Numbered from the whole stretch's first letter, positions 50,300 through 63,232 are shown. The stretch: 63,716 nucleotides of DNA, filler included, from Octopus bimaculoides (GCF_001194135.2; 5 parts of 4 records of this genome joined end to end with filler, not necessarily neighbours in it), one strand, 5' to 3'. Translations and numbers: made by a program. The notes: generated by a model from the letters alone, not told the origin.

Positions 50300-52010
50300 T
50301 TGTCATCATAATTCAACATCTATGCTGTTTTGGCATGGTTTCTGCAGCTGGATGCCCTTCCTAACACCAACTACTTTATAGAATGTGCTGGGTGTTTTAC
50401 ATGAGACACCAGCATGAATGCTTTGAATGTGATGCCAGCATGAGTGCTTCTAATGTGGCACCGACATGAGTCCTTTTAACATGGCGCCAGCACAAGTGTT
50501 TTCAATGTGGTGCTGCTAATATGTCACTGGCACATATGCTTTTAATGTGCTGCTGGCATGAATGCTTTTAATGTGGCACCAGCACAAGTGCTTACAATGT
50601 GGCCCCAGTATGGGTGTTTTTCTCCACGACACTGAAACAGGTATGTATGGACGGCTGTGATTTTACATAGCTAGACATACCTTCTCAAGTACAGCAAATA
50701 ACCAGAAATCTCAATCCTTTGTCATCTCCACAGTGAAGCTCAACATCTGAGATACTTTCTCACCACTTTGTCCTATGTCTTCCTGGGTCTACCCCATCCA
50801 CAATCATAGATTGGCACTTTTTGATGCCGCTGTCCTCATCAATATACATCATATGGCCATACAAGTGCAGTCTTCTCTCTTGCATGCAACATCTGATGCC
50901 TGTTATACCCAATTTTTCTCTTAAATCATTTACATTCTGTTGTACGTGCACACTGACATTATCCATCCAGTGGAGCATACTGGCTTCATTTCTTTCAAGC
51001 ATTTGCATGTCCTCAATAGTCAGCCCATGTTTCTTGCCATGCAACATGGCTGTACTTGCACAGACTTCATACAATTTGCCTTTCACTCTGTGGAAGAGGC
51101 CCTTTGTTATCAACAAAGGTTCGAGCTCTTTGAACTTTGCCCAGCCCATTCTTATTCTTGAAAATTAAACTTTCAGAACTTCCACTATTAACTTGGTTAC
51201 TTAGGTATCAAAAGCTATCTACTACTTCTAAGGATGTCCCTAGATATTCTTAGTGTTTATTGTACCTGCACCTTACTATGCACAAAACTGCTTTCTCCAT
51301 TAACCTTCCAGTGATAACACTGCACAGTTTATGTGTCCATAGCTTTCACAGGGTACACCATATGGAACTTCTACCAACCCCTTTCTGACATTGAGCAGGG
51401 CCATCTCCCTGAATAGATTTGTGAATTGTCTGTTTTCCTACTTAATAGGACTTTGCTTTTTGCTAAATTACTCTGAGGCCCTTAGATTCCAGTCTTTGCT
51501 TCCACACTTGAAATTTCCTCTCTAGTTCAGGTGGTGATTAAGCTATAAGAACAAGTTCATCAGTGTAGAGGAGCTCCCAAAGGCAACCAGTCTTGAATTC
51601 CTCTCTTATGAGTTGGAGGACTATGATAAACAAGAGGGGGCTGAGAACTGATCCTTGGTGAACTCCTACTTATACAACTAAATTCATTGCTATACTCATT
51701 ACCAACCCCCACCTTACTGACAACATCGCTGTACATCACTTGTACAACTCCCATCAATCATCTATCCTTAGCTTTCTGGTGAGAATGTAGTCAATCTGGC
51801 TTGTGTGTCCACCATATGGATAGGTGAACAGGTGACTGGCTGATTTCCTGAAGTTAGTACTGCAGATCATAAAGTCATTTTTGTCCCAGAACTCCATCAC
51901 CTTGGTTCCTTCCTCATTGGGAAATCAACTCCATAGCCTCCATGCACTTCATGGAAGCCTCCTGGATGCTGTTCAACCTGTCCATGAAGAGAAGGTTGTT
52001 GTCATTTGTT
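50300..52010 (-). mobile_element. Decayed RTE LINE with internal deletion and tandemly repeated 3' UTR
   Basis: EN fragment (YGGHTSQIDYILTRK, about 51770-51830) lies close to the RT part (GVHQGSVLSPLLFIIVLQ; WAKFKELEPLL; LHLYGHMM); about 26-bp repeats at 50400-50625. Confidence 0.88.
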
Positions 52011-54507
52011 GGTGAGGTAGTCTGCAAAAATTGAATTCAGAATAAAATTGGAAAAAAATAAAAAATAAAAACACTAGAAGACAGAAAATTAAGTTTGGAC
52101 ATTTTCTTTTTGTATCTGTAGATCTCACCTATTGCATTGCTTAAGGCAAATGGAACTTGTGAAAGTGAGAGACTCAGAAAAAATCATAGGACAATGTAAT
52201 GAATATTGGTCTCAGGACCTCGAGTCTCATGGTGGATATGATGAAGAACCAGGATGACTGGCAATATGCAATGCTACAGAAAACATGCCCATCTCAGCAA
52301 AACTGAAGTTCTGAAAGTATAATGTATATATACACAAATGGGGCCTCTTGCCTAATTTCCTCATCAAGCTTTCCCTCCACCTCTTCATTTCTCTATCAGT
52401 GATCTCTCAATCATTTGCCTAACAGCAGTTTTCTACTGCTATAATTAAATGGGGGTAGAACTATATATGTTATCATCTTTACTGTGATACCTGAACCATC
52501 CTGCTTTCATAATATTGTTGTTCTCCATTTACATTAATTACCCCATCTTTCTATGCTACCAAATTATCTCTCTTTCTCCTCTCCAGTGATTCATAGACTT
52601 GCCTATATCACCATACATCTCACACTTTCCCCATACACTACATCTCCACTCACACTTTTACAACCTACTTACTCTCATGTAATCTCCATTTCTCTCATTC
52701 TTCTCTGTAGGTTGGGGAGAGCAGATGCAGAATGGTATCTATTCTCCCAGACCTTCCCTCAAACTCATATTTATCACTGATCTCCCCTCCACCATTCACT
52801 ACATACCCACCAAATCTCTAGTCATTATCTTATCTCTCCCACCTTCTATTCAATTCATATTTATCATCAACCCTTATGCCCTATCTCTCTTGTTCAATAT
52901 TTTACTCCTACTCCTTCTTTAGCAATCACTCACTCTCTCTATCTCTCTCTCTCTCTACACACTCTTACAAGCTCTACCTACTCCCCCTTCCCATTCTTCT
53001 TTCTCTAGGCTCCACCCTGGTACCTTGTTGCTATCATCTTTATCTCTCTTTTCAGCTCCATACTAATTACTCCAGCCCATTCTTGTGTAATGTAAGCTGC
53101 CATGTATCTCTTCTACAACAAGGAATTTTTTCCAGTTTCTTCCTTCATATTCTAACCTTTCTTCACCTAGAATAAAGCTGCCTCTATCTCTACAGAAGCC
53201 TCATTCAGTTGAATAAAATCTTAGTCTTGCAAGGTATGCTAGTGCTGGTGTCATGAAAGAAGCACCAGTTACACCCTGAGAAACGGTTGGCGTTAGGAAA
53301 GACATCTGATTGTAGAGGCCATGCCAAAGCAGACATTGAAATATGGACCTTGTCAAACTATCCAAACCATACCAAGTTGGAAGACAGGTGTTAAAATATG
53401 ATGATGACGACAATGACAATGGTATTGATGATATCAGCTTGCTTTTTTGTAATTTCATCAAATGAAGTTTTTAAATACTACTAATTGCAAGGGTGAGAAG
53501 GATGTTGTAAATAGAGTCAATTAGTTAATTTTATTTATTTATATTTTGTGTGTTTTGGAAATTACTAACTCGCTGATCAGTCCCATACACTCAGGGAACT
53601 GTAACACAAAAAATTTTGTGATAGTAGTGTAAGATTATATATATAAATATATATACAAGGTGGGGCAGAGAGGATGGATGTTTTTGAAAAATTCACAAAA
53701 TCATTAATTTTAGCAACAAACAAATTTTATTGACATCAATGTGTTTCTTTTGAATTAGTATTTGTTAAAATCAAGTGTGGAAAACAACACTCTTGTGGGT
53801 TCGAACCCACAAAAGTTAAAAAGTGAAACAGAGACAGGCAGAAACAAGAAAAATGCCACTGTTACTTGAATACTATACAAATATGTCTTTAAAAAGACTT
53901 TTCTTTTAAATTTACCAAAATTTAATTTTTAAACAATTTTTCAAAAATCTATTATTCATATTTACTGTTGAAAAGATCTCAAGGATCGAAACCGGTTCTG
54001 TAATGTNNNNNNNNNNNNNNNNNNNNNNNNNNNNNNNNNNNNNNNNNNNNNNNNNNNNNNNNNNNNNNNNNNNNNNNNNNNNNNNNNNNNNNNNNNNNNN
54101 NNNNNNNNNNNNNNNNNNNNNNNNNNNNNNNNNNNNNNNNNNNNNNNNNNNNNNNNNNNNNNNNNNNNNNNNNNNNNNNNNNNNNNNNNNNNNNNNNNNN
54201 NNNNNNNNNNNNNNNNNNNNNNNNNNNNNNNNNNNNNNNNNNNNNNNNNNNNNNNNNNNNNNNNNNNNNNNNNNNNNNNNNNNNNNNNNNNNNNNNNNNN
54301 NNNNNNNNNNNNNNNNNNNNNNNNNNNNNNNNNNNNNNNNNNNNNNNNNNNNNNNNNNNNNNNNNNNNNNNNNNNNNNNNNNNNNNNNNNNNNNNNNNNN
54401 NNNNNNNNNNNNNNNNNNNNNNNNNNNNNNNNNNNNNNNNNNNNNNNNNNNNNNNNNNNNNNNNNNNNNNNNNNNNNNNNNNNNNNNNNNNNNNNNNNNN
54501 NNNNNNN

Positions 54508-55470
54508 GATATCGACTCCTTACTTGTTTTTCTAAAATGCACCGTAAATGTTCAATAATATTGAGATCTGGGGACTGTGGTGGCCAGATAAGATGTTCAA
54601 CTTCACTAGAATGTTCCTTGTGCCATTCAGTAACAACTTTAGCTGTGTGAATTGGTGCATTATCATCCTGAAAGATTGCGTTTCCCTCTGGAAACAGTTC
54701 TGCAACCATAGGATGAATTTGATCAGATAAAATGCTTAAATAGTCTTGACTATTGATTCTGCCATGAAGGGAAACCATTGGGCCGGCAGATTTCCAAGAT
54801 ATAGCTCCCCAGATCACCACAGATATTCCTCTATGTTTAACAGTTGGAAGAAGGCCGTCTGAGTCAGATGCCTCTTTTGGCTGTCTCCACACATATACTC
54901 GGCTGGTGGTCGAAAATAGGGTAAAGGATGTCTCATCTGAGAAAATAACATGCTTCCACTGCTCTAGGGACCAATTCTGTAGATTTTTACTCCACTATAA
55001 ATGCTTTGCAACGTTTGTTTTTGAAAGTAGTGGTTTTCTGATTGCAGCCTTCCCATGAAATCCAGCTTTGTGCAGCTCCCAGCAAACAGTTTTTGTGGAA
55101 ACTGGGTTCTTGAGGTGGTCATTAAGCTCTGCAGTAATTTTGGGAGCTGTACTTTTGTGATACTTTCTAACAATTTGCGTAAGAGTCCGACTGTCCCTAT
55201 CTGAAAGTTTTGGGTTTTCTTCCAGAGTTTTGTTCTGAAGAGGAGGTTTTTTCCCTCTTTCTCAAAGGCTGTCATTACTTTTGAGACAGTACTTCTTGAT
55301 ACACCAAACATTTCAGCTGTTTTCTTTACACTAGTACCTGCCATACAAGCACCAACAATTTGACCCCTTTGAAAGTCCAATAGATCTGTCATTTTAATGA
55401 ATTTTAATTACCTTTTTCTGATAATATCTGAAAAGAAACAGCAATTTTATCAAAACATATTAAGCAACAC
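54508..55470 (-). mobile_element. Tc1-like transposon with DD36E catalytic triad (Incomer-type), disrupted
   Basis: ATG at 55392, MTDLLDFQRGQIVGA...; VIFSDET (D at 54935-54937); FQDDNAPIH...WPPQSPDLNIIE with 36 residues between D and E; one frameshift and one stop; 3' end lost in an N gap. Confidence 0.88.
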
Positions 55471-55785
55471 TAATAATAAATCAAAAAACATAAAAATAAA
55501 CAAACTATTAAACTGAAAGTATCTCATCTTACAATAGAGAGATGTTTATTGTTTCACTTTTGACATGTAATACTGAAATAGTGTAAGAGATAAGAGATTG
55601 CACTGGGCTCACATTAGGCAAGAAGTTGAAAATTTTTTTGGTCCATGACACTGCATGGACCCTAAGTAAGGCATGTGAAAAATTTGAATGGAATCAGTTA
55701 TGTAGTTCTTGAGTTTTAGGGATTCACACAAACAGAAAGACAGACAGACACACACACACACATTCTCATAATATATATAGATAGA
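55470..55785 (+). mobile_element. Helentron/HINE-like non-autonomous element, copy 1
   Basis: Ends aatttgaatggaatc...tagttcttgagttttagggattcacac(acag)n(ac)n-attctcataatatatatag, a DINE-1/HINE-like 3' architecture. Confidence 0.55.
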
Positions 55786-56045
55786 TATACATGCATACAT
55801 GCATGTATGTAGGTTGGACTGCTGAACTCTACACATTTTTTTCATTTTTAATTCTCTCTCGCTGACCAAAACATTCAATTTTTTTTCTCCATGTTTTTCT
55901 TCTTGTTTTCTCTGTATTCTTTCTGTTGAAGAGCGTAGCTCGAAACGTTAAAGACTTTCTGTATTCCCGAGCGTCAAACTAACACACCCTTTTGTTGTTT
56001 ACACCACCTGCCCTCGTCAGTTGTTTTTTTTTTTCGTACATTCTC

Positions 56046-56095
<50 letters not shown>

Positions 56096-56239
56096 CACCA
56101 CCTAAGGCAAGTGTCTTCTACTATAGTCACAGACCAACCAAAGTATTGTGAATGGATTTGGTAGACTGAAACTGAAAGAAGCCCGGGTACTTTTGTTTAT
56201 ATCCCCCAACTAAAAAAATTGTTTAACCCTCAATAAAAC

Positions 56240-56502
56240 AAAAACAAAAAAAAAATTAATAAACATGAAAACTGAAAAAAATTAATAAACAGGAAAACTG
56301 AAAATATCACACATTACAAAAGAGAGATGTTATTGTTTCACTTTTGACACATAATACTGAAAGAGATAAGAGATTGCTCTGGGCTCACATTAGTAAGGCA
56401 CGTGAAAAATTTGAATGAAATTGGGGTTGAGTAGTTCTTGAGTTTTAGGGATTCACACAGACAGACACACACACACACATTCTCATTTTTATATATATAG
56501 AT
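56240..56502 (+). mobile_element. Helentron/HINE-like non-autonomous element, copy 2
   Basis: Same family as 55470-55785 but lacking an internal block of about 55 bp; ends attctcattttatatatatag. Confidence 0.55.
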
Positions 56503-57064
56503 AAATGTACATTATTATTTTGCTGAGAGATTGTGATACTAATAACCTGGTGTGAGAATACAATATACTTCATATCTGACCACAAGGAAATATTACCAGA
56601 CTCAGAAGCAGTTGAAGGCTGGTGACAAGAAAAGTCTCTGGCTGTAGAAAATCTACATAAACAATTTCCGTCTGCCCCACGCAAGCATTGAAAAGTTTGA
56701 AACAATAATGATTTAGTTTAACGTTCTACTAATTCAACCATCTTTAGTGACAGAAGTATTTTCTATCAATATTTTGTATTTTTATGAAGATTTGTTTACT
56801 ATTTGTGAATTTCGTAAATCCAATTTTTAATACTATCCCAGTAAAAAAAAAAAAAATTTAATATTTTGTAATTTACTTGTTTTAGTTATTTGAAACCAAG
56901 TGTAAACTTCTTATAATTAATGAAGAAAATATCAAGTTTGCAATCACCAAAAGTACAAATCAAAACGACAAGGGATATTTCTCAATTACAACATTAAACT
57001 AAACATACATTTACTCATGAAAAAAGAATATAAAAAGTAATGTTAAAACTTAGGTTTATATATA

Positions 57065-58292
57065 TAGGGTGTGATGGTATATTTTTAATTTCGCTCATGC
57101 ACATTGTTTCTTTTTGATTTTGTCAACTACACAGTCTAGCAGGGTCAGTTGAGTACCGTCTGAGTAAAAACAGCACCATGATGCAATTCACTCTACCAGA
57201 AATTTGGAAACAACATGCTGTACTGTTTGACATACGCACAAGAAGCTCCAATATAAACATTTCAGAGTGCTTGGGTGTCAATCTAAAAACAGTGCAAAGG
57301 ATTTGGAAAGAGTTGAACGAGTGGGAAAGAGTTGAGTGATTACAAAGGCACGGCAGTTTGAAAAACTCACTCTGATCGTTTTGATGAGAAAAGAACTCCT
57401 GAATTTGTTGGTGAGATCCAGGCCATAATTGACAACAATCCCTCCAAGTCAATCAGGTCCATGGGAGTGTATGAGTTTCTTGTCAGGCAGTAGTACATGA
57501 AGACATACAGTATTCCTCATAGATGATGAGAAAGGCCCAATTTTTATCCCAAGCCATCAAGGGCAAGAGGAAAGACTATGCTACAAAGCTTTTGAACAAA
57601 TTCAAGCATCCCCTCCAACCAAACATGCCTTGGGTTTTCTCAGATGAGAAAAATTTCTGCTAGAATCAGATCGTAAACACACAGAACAACTGTTGGCTTG
57701 CTATGTCCCCAAAACATCTACCGAGAGTGATAAAAATCAAACATCCAGTCAACATCATAGTATTTGGAGTGATCACTAGTGATGGTGATGTTATGCCTCC
57801 ATTCATCTTCCCACACAGCCTCAGACTCAACACAGAGGCCTACATCAAGTGCCTGGAGGAAGTAGTGATGTCCTGGATGAAGAGGGTGGCTGCTGGAAGA
57901 TCCTATATCTGGCAACAGGACTCTGCACCATGCCACACAAGCAGGAGAACCCAGTCATGGCTGTCAGACAATTTCTGCAACCACATCACCCCTAACATCT
58001 GGCCACCTAACTTCCCAGACTGCAACTCCCTTGATTATTATGTGTGGGGTGCAGTTGAGTGAGAGACCAAGAAAACTCCTTGTAACACCAAAGACGAACT
58101 GAAGGCAAGTATTATGGCAGCATTCACCAACTTAAACAAGGAGACTGTCCAGAAGAGTTGCAGGAGATTCTGAAGTGGTCTGGAGGCTGTGGTTGAAGCC
58201 AATACCAATTTTATCGAATAAATTTACACTTTAGTAGTATTTCAAGATATTTCAATGTAATTTTGGTAAATATATCTATTAAAATGAGATGT
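57065..58292 (+). mobile_element. maT (DD37D) Tc1/mariner element, pseudogenised
   Basis: TA-flanked left end tagggtgtgatgg; ORF about 57178-58221 with FSDEK and QQDSAPCH...WPPNFPDCNSLDY (37 residues D to D); in-frame stops at about 57661 and 58060. Confidence 0.88.
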
Positions 58293-58999
58293 NNNNNNNN
58301 NNNNNNNNNNNNNNNNNNNNNNNNNNNNNNNNNNNNNNNNNNNNNNNNNNNNNNNNNNNNNNNNNNNNNNNNNNNNNNNNNNNNNNNNNNNNNNNNNNNN
58401 NNNNNNNNNNNNNNNNNNNNNNNNNNNNNNNNNNNNNNNNNNNNNNNNNNNNNNNNNNNNNNNNNNNNNNNNNNNNNNNNNNNNNNNNNAATATATGTAT
58501 AGTTTAGGATAATCAGTAAGTTGTCATAATAGTCTATTATGACAACTTACAGATTATCCTAAACTATACACATATAAATATCCTCTATTTATCTAATATC
58601 GAGGTCTCATTCTTTTGTTGTCACTTTTATTATTATTATTATTATTATTATAAATTATTAAAGATATATGGGGATAGAAATTTAGCATTAAATTTAGCAA
58701 TATTGGAGCTGTTTTAAAGAGAGGTAACTGAGGCTGTAAGAAAAAATTTTAAGTTCCTCTTCTGGTATAACTCAGTGAAATGTATTCACATTTATGGTTA
58801 AAAATGATCCATTTCATTTACAGATATATGATTGGTTTCTATAAATGTTCAAACAGTTTGACAGAAATTAACTTTAGAAATGCTATGGGGGGAGCAATGA
58901 TGTTGAATTTAGAAATTTTATCAATTTAAAGAAGGGACAGCATACATGACAATTTCAAGGTTCAACAAACTGGTGTGATAAAAGTAATTGATGGTCAGT

Positions 59000-59470
59000 T
59001 TTTAAAATTATGTCCAAATGATCTCTGCAGAAAAAAACAAAGGGAGGGAAGGAATTCCAGAAGATTGTATTTGTAAGAGTGAATGACTGGGTGATAAGTT
59101 TAGTTCTGGATTTAGGAATTGATATATAATTGGGCTGACAGGTAAATGAGAAATAGGTAGATGGTGTGAGTAAGTAGAAAGCAAGTTGAGGGGAGCAGAA
59201 GCTGTTGTAGTAATAATGATAGAAGTAGTCAAATGAAGAAACAGTTCATCTGTGAGCTAATGAGTGAAGATTGGTGATTATGGAACTTTTACTAATGAGT
59301 TGAATGGCTTTCTTTTTAATGTGGTCTAGAATGTTTGTGTATATAACATCAATGCTGTACTGCAACTTGTCCTACTTGAACTTGGTAGATAGTCAGTAAT
59401 TGATTGGGACTGAAGTATTTTCTGACTGTAATGAAGAAGCCTTGTCTTCAATGTAATTTTGGCAATGCTA
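59000..59470 (-). mobile_element. CR1/Zenon-like LINE 3' remnant
   Basis: rc translation RKYFSPNQLLTIYQ...KKAIQLI...NLHSLAHR...FWNSFP; same clade as 2970-5320. Confidence 0.7.
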
Positions 59471-60741
59471 TAAACACAAAATATGAAAGTGCATGGCCTA
59501 GTGTTTAAGATGTTGCATACACAATCACAAGATTGTAGTTTTGATTCCCAGACCAGCGGTGTATTTTGTTCTTGAAAACACTTCGTTTCATGTTGCTCCA
59601 GTCCATTCAGCTACAAATGGGTAACCCTGTGACAGACTGGCATTCTGTTCAGAGGTCATTTTGGTCTGCCTGCCAAGCCAGTAAATAGGCTTCATTTAAA
59701 AGCTACAACAATGTAGGGAGCACATTGTGGCTAGCAGCATAAACATCTGATAGTCTGATCAAGTAATCTAATTTGTTTATTGTTATTTACGATTTAAAAA
59801 AAAAACTTTAATTGTATCCCTATAATATTCCTGTAGTTTATACACCTCAAAGATCTGTTTTAAAAAGTGGACAACACATGCTTTAGTTTACAAATAAGTG
59901 TCAATGAATGTCCAGCAGGCCTTAAAAATGCAACTCTTAAAACATATTTCCTGTCCTTGCAAAAATAGAAATCCATTTATCACACTGGAATTAAAATCTA
60001 TTTCCTGTCCTTGTAAGAAAAAAAATCCATTTATCACAATAGTTAAAATCACCTTAAGGAAAACCAAAACAACGTGGCTGTGAAAGATTTAGTTCAGATT
60101 ACATTCGTTTTATATAATTAGATTAGTCATCTGAACAAACCGAGATTTCAAGATATGTTTGTTTAATAAAAAACAAAAATAATAACATTTTTGTCAGTTA
60201 CTTTGGAAATTGAATGTAAGAATGAAAGAACTCAATGTTATTCTAATATTGTTTTCACAATAATTAGAATATATCTATTCAGTTTGTAATAGTTTAATCA
60301 ACAATGAGAAATAATGAGTAAAATCTGATGCGACAATTTTTTTTTCCAGGCGCACCGCAGTATAATTATATAAGGGGTATCGGCTTAGCATTACATTCAG
60401 CTAGGTTAGATAACGTTAAGTGGTAGATGAACATTGTACAATACACAATATATTTTTATGTCGAATCATAGCAATGTGAGAAAGAACATAGCGGAGGCTG
60501 GTAGTAGATTTAGTGTTACCATTATCAGGAGCAGCGGCCGTTACAACACAGTAAGCAGCAGAATTAGCAGTTGCGGTTGCTGTCGCCGGAGAGGCAGGAC
60601 CAGCTCTGTATTAGACAGAGTTCGGATACATTTAAGCAATTACCTCTTGTTTCGATATTTTTTCAGGAGTAAACGGAAACATTCAGTTTGTGAACGAAAA
60701 ATTTAGTACCTTTACCGTTACAGAAAAAGCTGTTCGCCAAC

Positions 60742-61205
60742 ATGGATAGTTCTAATAGTTCTGATAGCGACTTCAGTGGGAACTGTGCTAAAGATATGTC
60801 TTATTCTTCTTTACAAGAAATCCCTGATGATATTTTGGATAAATCATTCAAACTTAGGGCCCTGTCTCTTTCCCACAATCAACTTTCACCTTGCCTCGGT
60901 CCAAAAATAGCTGGATTTAAGAACTTAATTAAACTCGATATCAGCAACAACAATCTCTCACGATTATCGGAAGATTTTCATCATCTAGTGAAGCTTCGTA
61001 CACTTATAGCTCGAAATAATCAGTTTAATACTGAAGGAATTGGTAAATCTCTCTCGTCTCTTAAAAATCTTGAGGATATCAACATGTCCGGCAACCAGTT
61101 CACCGAGATTCCACCCTGCTTTCTCAAATTGTGTAGACTTCGATACTTACATATGGGTGCAAATCAAATTCGAGAACTTCCCAGTCAAGTAAAAGAACTC
61201 ACACA
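60742..61205 (+). CDS. LRRC58: LRRC58-like leucine-rich repeat protein, first coding exon
   Basis: ATG in ccaacATGG context; five LRRs; LRTLIARNNQF...LEDINMSGNQFTEIP...LRYLHMGANQIRELP resembles LRRC58 LRTLLAKNNRL...LQVLNLSGNCFQEVP...LQTLSLGGNQLQSIP; phase-2 donor ca|gtatgt. Later exons not seen. Confidence 0.75.
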
Positions 61206-62519
61206 GTATGTCAAATGCATATTTCTTTAAATCGTTTTTATTTGTCCCATACTAATACACACATACGTATGCATGTATGTATGTATGTATTTGTTTATTC
61301 CCAGGTGATTAACTCGATCTTTTTACTTTTTCTTATTTAATACGGTGCTCTGCTATGGTCTAAACCTGCGTGAAATGAACAAATTGTAAAACACACACAC
61401 ACACACACACACACAGAGTCTGTACATAAATTATCGAATAACGATATTTCAATCTCCTCCTCTGAGCTGTTTCATTCCTGTCTTTATAGTAATGATACAC
61501 AACACAAACTTTTCTAATAAAGATCATCTGCTGCCAGTTTAGAAAAATAACAAACAAAATTTTACGAAAATAAATTCAACAGAAACCGTGCGTGATGAAT
61601 GTAAATAACATAGAGATAATAATTGTTTCTAACATAGGCACGAAGGTTGGAGGTAAAAGACGTGTAAACTACCTATTTCCAGTGGGGTTTTTTTTTCTCT
61701 TTTTCAAAAATTTCTTCGGATTTCTATATTTTCGATATAGGAGAATACGATTTTGCCCAAAAATCAAGTTTTCAAAATTTTATTTTCCTCACCCCAATTT
61801 CATAACTTTTTTCTAATTTTTTTTTAATCCATGTAAAAAAATACAGAGATTACGAATTTGGGAATTTAAAAAAATGCCCCTTCCACCAATCACCTCCACG
61901 CTTTCGTCTGATCTTTCACGCATGCGTAGAATTCGACTGGAATAGCAGACGTCAAAACTATCAGACCACCACCAGAAAATCCGACGTGCTAGAAACNNNN
62001 NNNNNNNNNNNNNNNNNNNNNNNNNNNNNNNNNNNNNNNNTTAATTAATTAANNNNNNNNNNNNNNNNNNNNNNNNNNNNNNNNNNNNNNNNNNNNATAT
62101 ATATTATATGTATACAATATTATATACATACAACTACACACTTACACACAGACACACATGCATACATGCACAAATATATATTTATATGTATGAGTGTGTA
62201 TGAGAGCGCGCGCGCGCGTAATGATAATTTCGCCTATATACTCGTACTGCCAGCTTGCATATGCGAGAATCTAAGAAACATGTCTGTTGGAACTTTAGTC
62301 TTTTGTTGATGGAGAAAAAACTTCCAAACTGGAGGAAAAAAAACATGCATCTCTATTCCTGTCCAGACTCAAATGATTGAAACAAGTAAAAGAAGAAAAG
62401 AATATAAAAATATACACCGAAATGACAGAAGTAAATAGACACCTTTATAATTGTTAAAAATTTATCTAAATCTGAAATTATACATTCAAATTATTTGTTA
62501 ATTATTATATTTCGAAGAC

Positions 62520-63060
62520 ATGCCCTTCGCGTTTTTCAGTGCAAGGACCGTATTGGGCATACTGCCGACCAGATGAATATTCTCTTAATGAATCTAAGCC
62601 ATGTTTCATGCAGTAATCTCAAAGAATCTGGATTTGATGATGCTTTCTTGTTCTTTTTTTGAAGTGCCCTGAACATTATGCCCACAGAGGTGTTCAATAG
62701 GGTTCATATCTGGCGACTGGCTTGGGCACGGAAGCTTGGGGAACAACCAAAAGTCACCTAGAGCGTGGTCTGGACTGTGGGGAGGGTGAGGGACAGTTTT
62801 AATGCCCATCTCTCACTCTCTCTCTCACTCTTGTGCCAGCGAAATCAGATGCTCAGCTCATACAAGTTAATCCAGAAGCAACTTGGAGCATTTCATACAT
62901 GTTTGCCCTGTTCAACACAAACCTTTACTGTATGGCGAGCTTCCAAATTGTTCTCACGCCCCAACTGCATTCCGCAAACCAATCAACATGGTCAAACAGT
63001 GTTTAGCAGGGTAGGTTCGAAGTGCTGTAAAAAAAAACTTCTCCTTTAATCTGGAATTTG
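62520..63060 (-). mobile_element. Composite of deleted mariner and Tc1 transposase fragments
   Basis: MGIKTVPHPPHSPDHALGDFWLFPKL (mariner) runs directly into PSQSPDMNPIEHL (Tc1 DD34E type). Confidence 0.7.
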
Positions 63061-63178
63061 GCAGGTCAGATTATTAGATGTACAGTTATAATATTAAAAT
63101 TACAATAATCAACAACAGTTACAACTGCGATTCCTAAAGATGTCTGAAAGCTTCTAGAATGCACCTCGTTTATGTATG

Positions 63179-63232
<54 letters not shown>

